From Octopus vulgaris (Eukaryota): 64,000 nt of DNA. Position 1 is the stretch's first letter, and every line of letters starts with the position of its first letter. A program made the translations under genes and the position numbers. The DNA lies in assembly GCA_951406725.2 (NCBI GenBank), contig OX597822.1, forward strand, positions 63,054,001 through 63,118,000, in the 5' to 3' direction. Positions 56,856-64,000 of the stretch are shown piece after piece. The notes below the pieces were generated by a model, which was not told the origin of the DNA, ran no database searches, and worked only from the letters and a program-made list of their open reading frames with translations.

Positions 56856-57252
56856 TGTATGTGTGTGTGTAAATATGTAGATATGTATGTATATATGTAT
56901 GTGTATATTCATGTATGTATGTATGTATGTAAATGTGCATAAGGGTTGCATGGGGAATTTTTTTTTTTTAAATCTACTATCTTCATTTTAAATGACAGCA
57001 GTTAGTGTTGATTTTCATTCGAATGAATGGCGAGTGAAATCAACATAACAACAATTAAAAAAGAGCTAGGTAAATGAGCGATGTAATTGCGGCATACAGC
57101 CGCGCATGCGCAGAATTTGACTCACATACACACACACACCTACGCACGCACAAACATATGCACTTGCGTACATACATTCATACATAATTTCACATTATGT
57201 AATCAGGTATGGATTTATGCATATGTACGCCTGCGCGCACGCACATACTTAC

Positions 57253-57285
<33 letters not shown>

Positions 57286-57672
57286 TACATACATACATAC
57301 ATACATACATACATACATACACACACATATATCTTTGCATACATTCATACATACATATATACATACATAATGACATGCATGAAAATACGCATATATACTT
57401 GCACATACGTTCGTGCGCATATACATTGCATATTTCAACTGCGCATAAAGCTTACAAACTCACGCACCTATGGGTACATTACAATTTCTCAATTTCAGAT
57501 ATCTTGAAGCATTTGTGCATGGATTTATCAAGGAAATTAACATGTTATACATACATACATACATACATACATACATACATACATACCTGGTGTCTGTCAG
57601 CGTGTTGACGAGTATGGCTTTCACTGACATTTTCTAGATGTTAAAGACAATGGCTATCAGCAACGTATATAC

Positions 57673-57745
<73 letters not shown>

Positions 57746-57750
<5 letters not shown>

Positions 57751-58536
57751 CCAAGGTTATGTATTTGCAATTCAAGAGCAGGAGATTGCTACGAAATATC
57801 TACTAAACAAAGGAGACACTGAAGCCCTTGGATCCCCAAGGAGCAATCGAATATGAAGATTATGCCATATTTCTGTGGAAAATATCACAAATGCGATTAG
57901 AAGCTGCCCAAAATTGCCATCCAAGTACTACCTCCCCATGCGACACGACGTTGTTGCTAAAGCAAAATACAATGCCTTTCGGAAAAAAGACTGTCCTGGA
58001 ATAAATACAAAGAATCCATTCCCCTGTAATTGCTAACTTACTTAAGCGTCTATATAAGGAATATTAGTGGAACATTTCAATCAAAACTTCTGAAAGCATA
58101 ACAGACTCGATGTTGTTGTTTGGGGAAGACAAGAAAAAGTATTTAACGTCATAGAGGTTAATGTGAATGTCTCTTTGAAAATGAAAGTGAAAGAAGATAA
58201 CTATGGACAACTGCTTCGAAACTTCTAGCTTGTTCTGTATCACGATTGCAAATTCACATTTATACCAATAATGATTGGTGCACTTGGTTTTCTGAGTAAA
58301 TGCAGAAGTTACAGTCTGGGTAAGCTGGGTTTTTTTGAGACAAAGAAATCACCTGGTTAATGCTTACAAGATAAGTGTAATCTCTGTGTGGAACAGTAAT
58401 AATATGCGAGACTTCCTCAAATTTAAAATGTGAATAAGTTTTTGTTATCTACATTCCAAGGACAGGGCTTAGTGTTACTGTTAGAAACCAGCTCTTTCTT
58501 CAGAGGGAGATTTCAAATAATTAGAAAAAGACTTGA
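57746..58536 (+). pseudogene. R4/Dong-like 3' end, second subfamily, between (CA)n and (CATA)n
   Basis: HFQGYVFAIQEQEIATKY, degraded CCHC, YYLPMRHDVVAK and FIPIMIGALG. Confidence 0.8.
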
Positions 58537-58641
58537 ACATACATACATATACACATACATACATACATACATACATACATACATACATACATACATACAT
58601 ACATACATACATACATACATACATACATACATACATACATG

Positions 58642-58966
58642 TGAGCACTCCGTCGGTTGCGACGACGAGGGTCCCAGCTGATACGATCAACGGAACAGCC
58701 TGTTCGTGAAATTAACGTGCAAGTGGCTGAGTACTCCACAGACACGAACACCCTTAACGTAGTTCTCGGAGAGATTCTGCGTGACACAGAGTGTGACAAG
58801 ACTGGCTCTTTGAAATACAGGCATTCCTCATTTTTGCCAACTGAGTGGACTGTAGCAACCTGAAATACAGTGTCTTGCTCAAAGACACAACGCGCCGCCG
58901 GGAATTGAACTCACGACCTTACGATCATGCGCCGAATGCCTCTAACCACTAAGCCACACGCCTTCA
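58642..58966 (-). mobile_element. tRNA-headed SINE family C
   Basis: Head gtgaaggcgtgtggcttagtggttagagg...gagttcaattccc at the right end. The same 3' part occurs at 62517-62750. Confidence 0.8.
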
Positions 58967-59000
58967 CATATATATACATCCATACACACATACATACATA

Positions 59001-59640
59001 CAAGCTTTGTGATGATAGTAACATCGATCATCAAAACAGTTTAACATGGATCAATAGCAAGATTACTACCTCCCACTTTGAAGGGTATACGTTTGCAATA
59101 CAAGAACAGGAAATATCAACCAAGTACCTGATGCACAAAAGGGATAGAGATGCAGGAAAAGCCGTAAAATGTGCCACCCGATGCAGACTTTGTGGCGTTC
59201 ACACTGACGAGATCACCGACATCATAAGCAGTTCTCCGAAAATGTTATCACTATTATATCTACCGATGAGACATGATGTTGTAGCTAGGACACTCTATAA
59301 TGAAATCCGTCAGAAGGATAATCCCGAGGACAAAGAAATAAGAACCCACAATATGGTGAAGCCATAGCCAATCATAATAAAAAGGAATATTGGAGGAATG
59401 TACCAGTGAAGACCTCAATAAAATGTAAACACAACAGACCTGATATAATGACTTGGAATAGAGGAAATTAGCTGCCCAGGGGATGTTAACATAAAGCTGA
59501 AGACCAGTGAAAAAGAGAACACCTATACTGAACTATTGAGAAATACGCAGTTACTCTATCCAGATTACAAGTTCAGGTTTATACCTGTAATTATTGGGTC
59601 CCTGGGATATGTAACACACTGCATAAATACCAATTTTGAA
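59001..59640 (+). pseudogene. R4/Dong-like 3' fragment (zinc knuckle plus RLE)
   Basis: SHFEGYTFAIQEQEISTKY...CRLCGVHTDEIT...MRHDVVARTLY...HNRPDI...EISCP. Confidence 0.85.
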
Positions 59641-59806
59641 AAATTACATTACAAGCCATAATTTAATTCAAATAAAAAATTACAAAAACTACAAAAAATG
59701 AAAATAAAAAATAAAAAATAAAGATAAGAATAAAAAATACGAATAAAAATAAAAATTTACAAAAACTATATATATATATATATATAAATAATGCCTATTC
59801 TTGTAC

Positions 59807-59855
<49 letters not shown>

Positions 59856-59857
<2 letters not shown>

Positions 59858-60143
59858 ATGATCACGTGACCGACCAGACCATCAGATGTTGTTACACATC
59901 GCTGGTCACAATGCGTTCGCATTGTTTTAGCCTTCGAATGACGCCACCCCGCTGGCTAAGCGAGCGGGCCAACAGAAGAAAGAGTGGGAGAAAGAGTGGT
60001 GAAAGAATACAGCAGGGATCACCACCCCCTGCCAGAGCCTCGTGGAGCTTTTAGGTGTTTTCGCTCAATAAACACTCACAACGCCCTTCTGGGAATCGAA
60101 ACCGCGATCCTGCGACCGCGAGTCCGCTGCCCTAACCACTAGG

Positions 60144-60147
<4 letters not shown>
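59856..60147 (-). mobile_element. tRNA-headed SINE inserted in (TA)n
   Basis: Same head and agtgagagaaagt-type body as the 63-2065 SINE but a different 3' tail. Confidence 0.8.
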
Positions 60148-60193
<46 letters not shown>

Positions 60194-60246
60194 CTATCTC
60201 TTTATCATAACGTATGTATACCTGTATGTATCTTAACGTATGTATA

Positions 60247-60281
<35 letters not shown>

Positions 60282-60569
60282 TTGAGTGTATGTATATATC
60301 CATATAAAGTTTTATGCATATTAGTCTAGACACAATATCCTTATCAAAATTAGCCGAAACCCTCTCGGAGGACTGTATGTGTGTTAGTTTATTTGAAAAT
60401 TCGCGAATGACATATAGAAAGAAACGGATATTAAAATTATTAAAATGGTGGATGTGTTTATAAACGATCCTGCCGATTGCTCGACAAAATTTTGCGCATC
60501 ACAAAATATATAAATTCCTCTTCATAAAAATCCTCGTAATAATTATTAGCAACAATATCGTCGTCGTCG

Positions 60570-60608
<39 letters not shown>

Positions 60609-61349
60609 GCAACAACATCGTCGTCGTCATTTATCATCGCAATAGCTATGATGATCATATGATTATATGCAACAACAGCAGCAACAGTGGAGGTGCAATG
60701 GCCCAATGGTTAGGGCAGCGGACTCGCGGTCGTAAGAATGCGGTTTCGAATCCTAGACAGGGCATTGCGAGTGTTTATTGAGCAGGCTCCGGCGGGGAGG
60801 GGTGGTGAACCCCGCTGTACGCCTCACTCTTTCTTCCTACTTCTGCCACAAAGCAGAGGAACCATGGTGTAACCCACTATGGTGTGGTGAACTTTCAAAC
60901 CCTAGTCTAGATTGCAAATCCTCTGTACCCCAGGATGGTTCAGCTCTCCACCCGTCAAAAGCCACTGTTTACGGAATGAGGATAACAACATAGCATTCGC
61001 GCCCGTGCAACCGAAGGAGGAGGGGGAGAAGAAGAAGAAGAAGAAGAAGAAGAAGAAGAAGAAGAAGAAGAAGAAGAAGAAGAAGAAGAAGAAGAAGAAG
61101 AGTAGCAGCTGTAGTAAAGTCATCACCTTCATCATCATAAAAACCACAATTATTTTCATCATCATCATAATCACAATCGTCGCAGTAGTCATTATCAAGT
61201 TTACACCCTCGTCAACGTCGCCATCATCTTCTTTATCATCTTCATAATCATCAGTTTAAGCATCATCATCGTCGTCGTTATCGTTATCGTTATCATTGTC
61301 AACGTCATCGTCTTCATCATCATCATCATCATCATCACTGTTTTCATCT

Positions 61350-61875
61350 GTAGATGAAAGTACTAATGGCGTAATTCATACCCAGCTCTCAATTGTTGTC
61401 ATGTATATAACAAAATGAATGCAAAAATATAGTAAATCTTTGGAGGATATTTTGCGATGTAAATAATATTAAGAGCGTATTGAGGCTGGTTGATGTAATA
61501 GAATAATGTCTTATACGACTTCAATGTTGCTAAAATTACATTAGCCAAACGATCTACGAAGCAGCTGTTATGGTGAGTGAAACGGGGTACAAACAAAATT
61601 GAAGGCAAAAGTATCTAAATGCAACGATTTCATTCATTGTTATGCGCATAAATTTAACTTTGTTTTTAGTAGAAGTACTGAGAAAGTCAATAGAGTTAAA
61701 TTATTTTATGCCTTGGCACAGATTAAATAAATTTATATCCTCAAGTATAAAGCAGAAACGTGTCTTTAGAGATTTTGCTATCAGTATTTCTTCACTGTGT
61801 AACACAAGAGGGCGCTACAGATCTGGAATTGTGTCACTCGTTAGAGTGGTGTGAAAACTTGAAAGTGCATTTCAA
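61350..61875 (+). pseudogene. Degraded hAT-family transposase remnant
   Basis: VDEST...QLSIVV (catalytic D region) and FIHCYAHKFNFV (C-x2-H motif), followed by a CNTR(W)-like segment. Confidence 0.65.
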
Positions 61876-61878
61876 AAT

Positions 61879-62437
61879 GTGGCTATGTGGTATATAGCTT
61901 GCTTACCAACCACATGGTTCCGGGTTCAGTCCAACAGCAGCAACAGTGGAGGTGTAATGGCCTAATGGTTAGGGCAGCGGACTCGCGGTCGTAAGAACGC
62001 GGTTTCGATTCCTAGACCGGGCATTGTGAGTGTTTATTGAGCAGGCTCCGGCGGGGAGGGGCGGTGAACCCCGCTGTACGCCTTCACCACAACTTTCTCT
62101 CACTCTTTCTTCCTACTTGGGCAAGTGTTGTCTAATATAGCCTCGGGCCGACCAAAGCCTTGTGAGCGGATTTGGTAGGCGGAAACTGAAAGAAGCTCGT
62201 CGTATATATGTATATATATGTATGTGTGTATAGGTTTGTGTGTCTGTGTTTGTCCCCCCCAATATCGCTTGACAACCGATGCTGGTGTCTTTGCGTCCCC
62301 GTAACTTAGCGGTTCGGCAAAAGAGACCAATAGAATAAGTACTAGGCTTACAAAGAATAAGTCCTGGGGTCGATTTGCTCGACTAAAGGCGATGCTCCAG
62401 CATGGCCAGTCAAATGACTGAAAGAAGTAAAAGAGTA
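61879..62437 (+). mobile_element. SINE family A containing a copy of the 60673-60842 SINE segment
   Basis: Family A head and body are split by 61932-62118. Confidence 0.85.
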
Positions 62438-63385
62438 ATGAAATGAGTGACGAAGATACACCGTGTTAAACTAATAATCTTTGGCATACTTAACTTTATT
62501 TTCAAGTCTTTCATCGTGGTACTCCGTCGGTTACGACGACGAGGGTTCCATTTGATCCGATCAACGGAACAGTCTGCTCGTGAAATGAATGTGTAAGTGG
62601 CTGAGTACTCTACAGACACGTGTACCCTTAATGCAGTTATCGGGGAGATTCAGCGTGACACAGGGTGTAACAAGGCTTTGAAATACAAGTACAACAGAAA
62701 CAGGAAGAAAGAGTGAGAGAAAGTTGTGGTGAAAGAGTACAGCAGGATTCGTTTTTTGAACTCTTGATTTTGAATTTCGAGTCATTTTCCCTTCACACTT
62801 TCACAGTAAATATAGAGAAATATAATACAGTGTCTCGTTGAAAATAATTATCTGGCCTTGACTGCCTGTCTGTTAGTCTGTCACTCTGTCTGTCTTACAA
62901 CAATTAGTCAAGTTTCAATCATTTATCAATTTGTTCAATAAATCAAAAGTTGCTCGTTATCGCTGAGTCAAATTAATGACTTTTGATTCACTCCACTAAT
63001 TAATTATCTAATGACCGGCATAAGCAAAATGGGATAGGTTGTCTTTGAAATTGACTAACAAGTTACGGTTGATATGACGCGAAAACGACGTTGTCAGAAT
63101 CTGTTGATTTCGAGTGGAAAAACTCGGAAAATTGTGAATCTTCAGAGATGGAGAGAAAGGGAGAATGGGGAAGGGAGAAAGCGAGAGAGAGGCCCGGAGG
63201 GAGATAGAGTGGGGAAGGATGAGAAAGGGGCCAGGGGGACACAGAGAGCTAAAGCGGGAGGGCAAATAATTGATGGCAGAGTAAAATGAAATGTTGCTTC
63301 GTCGAAGGGATACATTAATGGGAGGATGAGTTGGTTGGGTTGATATTGGATATTTACATCATTTGGCCAATAGATATATATTCAT

Positions 63386-63459
<74 letters not shown>

Positions 63460-63524
63460 TTATATATATTAATATATATATATATATGTATTTATATATA
63501 TTAATATATATATATATATGTATT

Positions 63525-63559
<35 letters not shown>

Positions 63560-63850
63560 GTATATATATGTATGTATGTCCTTCGAAACGTTTAGTAGAT
63601 GAAACTTTAGCGACTGAAGAAGGGGATTTTTCGTTGTGCTTATTGTCCTGTATCTCTCTTTTTTTTGCCTGTCTTGTTCCTTGGTTTGTGTCTATGTTTT
63701 TCGTCTCTCTATGTGTTCGACGTCTTTTTGGTGTCCTGTACACATATATGCGTGTATATGTACATGTAGAGGTAGGTACGTACATATATGTTTATATATA
63801 TGCATATATTTTATTAACATATATATATATATACACATATATATATATAC

Positions 63851-63947
<97 letters not shown>

Positions 63948-63979
63948 TATACACACACACACACATATATATATACATA

Positions 63980-64000
63980 CTAGCAGTATCGCCCGGCGTT
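63980..64000 (-). mobile_element. 3' end of the same Helitron family as 30649-30952 (continues beyond window)
   Basis: a|ctagcagtatcgcccggcgtt matches 30648-30669. Confidence 0.7.

Overview
AT-rich, microsatellite-dense eukaryotic genomic DNA. The repeat families (tRNA-headed CORE-like SINEs, very long (TA)n/(CA)n/(TATG)n tracts) suggest an octopus or other coleoid cephalopod, which is an inference. The only host coding sequence I can support is two phase-compatible + strand exons (33706-33803, 38888-38979) of a class B (secretin/calcitonin-receptor-like) GPCR, so most of the window is probably intron. The rest is layered mobile DNA: several SINE families, mariner/Tc1 elements and MITEs, RTE, CR1, R4/Dong-like and Tx1-like LINE remnants, Helitron and Helentron-type pieces, and a hAT remnant. 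Nearly all ORFs in the track are microsatellite or SINE artefacts. The most striking unannotated signal is a set of eight sequence-unrelated short inverted-repeat elements, mostly embedded in (TA)n tracts. The clearest ones share the layout microsatellite-arm-spacer-inverted arm-unique tail-microsatellite. They occur alongside several minimal hammerhead-ribozyme-like motifs, which points to Penelope-like (PLE)/retrozyme-type elements that would put long dsRNA hairpins and possibly self-cleaving RNAs into the GPCR pre-mRNA. Coordinates were counted by hand; repeat boundaries are approximate.
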